A stretch of DNA of 24,424 nt from a virus. Taxonomy: Duplodnaviria; Caudoviricetes. Under the pieces are notes generated by a model. It had not been told where the DNA came from, did no database searches, and worked only from the letters and a program-made list of their open reading frames with translations. The stretch is from the IMG/VR virus record IMGVR_UViG_3300050032_000067, positions 1 to 24,424 of that record; one strand, written 5' to 3'. The translations under genes and the position numbers were made by a program. Shown in pieces: positions 23,598-24,424 of this stretch. Position 1 is the stretch's first letter. Each line of letters begins with the position of its first letter.

Positions 23598-23633
23598 AAA
23601 AATAAAAAGGCTCCAGATTTCTCCAGAGCCTTT
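23598..23633 (-). terminator. Rho-independent terminator after coat gene
   Basis: AGGCTCTGGA-GAAA-TCTGGAGCCT stem-loop followed by TTTTATTTT. Confidence 0.88.
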
Positions 23634-23654
23634 AATTATACTACTAGGCAAATA

Positions 23655-24422
23655 TTACCCACGTATGCGCACCACCCATTCTGGACGTAGGACTTTTGCA
23701 CCTAAGAAAGCGTCTAGACGAGTTACGAAAGTAGGAGGAGCATTATTATAAGCACCAGCGGCCATGAACTGACGAATGTAACGTATGCTTATCATTGTGT
23801 CAGGATCACGTTCGGCAAATCCTTCATCTTCATTTTTTGGACGAATGAGTTCGGGACTTGCAATACCAATGGCAGTCTTGTGAAATACAATACCTTCCTG
23901 CCCTGTTGATTTGGCTCCAGCAGAGGTGTAAGGAACAACACCTACAACAGTGCCAGGATCAGCTATGTTTTGATAATCTCCGCCAGCGATAATAGCAGGA
24001 GCAACAACGACCGACTGGCTGGCACTTGTAACGGAACCAACAGCAGTAAGAACAACGAATTGCTGAACGTAAGGCAGTGTAGCATCAGTTAGAGGATTGT
24101 AGCTATAAACAGGAGTTGCACCAGAAAGATAAAACACGTCACCCTGATTAAGAGTAGTTGCCGCAGTAAATCCAGATACGGAAATAGTGGAGGTTTCTGC
24201 CCACCCAGACGTTAGATATGTTGTACCAGCACCGGCGGAAAGTAGACCGATAGAAGCAGAGGTAAGTCCACTCCAAGCAGTCCCGTCAGTATGTGTGGGG
24301 GAGCTATTTGATACTGCCCACTCTGCACCAGCGAAATAACCAATGCGACCTCTCTTATAAATGTCTGAAATTTCTTTCTGGGCATTGAAAAGAGTAAGTT
24401 GAGCATTCGAAAGATTTCTGGA
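23655..24422 (-). CDS. Major capsid protein (P22 coat family), 5'-truncated
   Basis: Frame is open to the window end (LFNAQKEISDIYKRGRIG...HT.G...GDVF). C-terminal FHKTAI...SIRY...RLD.FLGAKVLRPEW; followed by a terminator. Confidence 0.9.
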   Translation of the reverse strand, partial: SRNLSNAQLTLFNAQKEISDIYKRGRIGYFAGAEWAVSNSSPTHTDGTAWSGLTSASIGLLSAGAGTTYLTSGWAETSTISVSGFTAATTLNQGDVFYLSGATPVYSYNPLTDATLPYVQQFVVLTAVGSVTSASQSVVVAPAIIAGGDYQNIADPGTVVGVVPYTSAGAKSTGQEGIVFHKTAIGIASPELIRPKNEDEGFAERDPDTMISIRYIRQFMAAGAYNNAPPTFVTRLDAFLGAKVLRPEWVVRIRG

Positions 24423-24424
24423 AA

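Noticed and set aside
11445-24406. Short overlapping ORFs (11445, 12414, 12724, 15760, 16666, 17508, 19969, 20521, 21648, 21953, 24212)
   Set aside because: Off-frame or antisense within well-supported genes, with no supporting signals.
1-24424. Alternative genetic code; tRNA or rRNA genes; endolysin
   Set aside because: Genes are full length and tightly coupled in the standard code, with all three stops used. No RNA gene or lysin motif was recognised.

Overview
AT-rich fragment of a tailed (podovirus-type) phage genome. The minus strand from 24.4 kb down to about 5 kb is a P22-like morphogenesis module: coat protein (partial), gp4-like adaptor, gp10-like tail hub, a small tail protein, three ejection proteins, then about 11 kb of five tailspike/fibre genes and a small membrane-protein cluster. 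The plus strand from 1 to 3.75 kb carries a 5'-truncated protein with family-A/T7-like polymerase motifs, two paralogous HNH-AP2 endonucleases and small unknown genes. The most unusual element is at 557-1420. A 25-bp GC-rich inverted repeat pair made of GNA-triloop mini-hairpins brackets three copies of TGGTAGGGACCA inside the 3' end of the polymerase-like gene. I interpret this as a candidate replication origin with strand-specific priming signals. Other observations: a TAAATA (T4-late-like) motif before most non-coupled gene starts, a duplicated sigma70 promoter driving an unannotated antisense membrane peptide at the P22 sieA position, and a GC-rich tail-fibre tip swapped in at a YLPLSGG motif with a likely old tip left orphaned. 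All family assignments come from motif recognition by eye; no searches were run.
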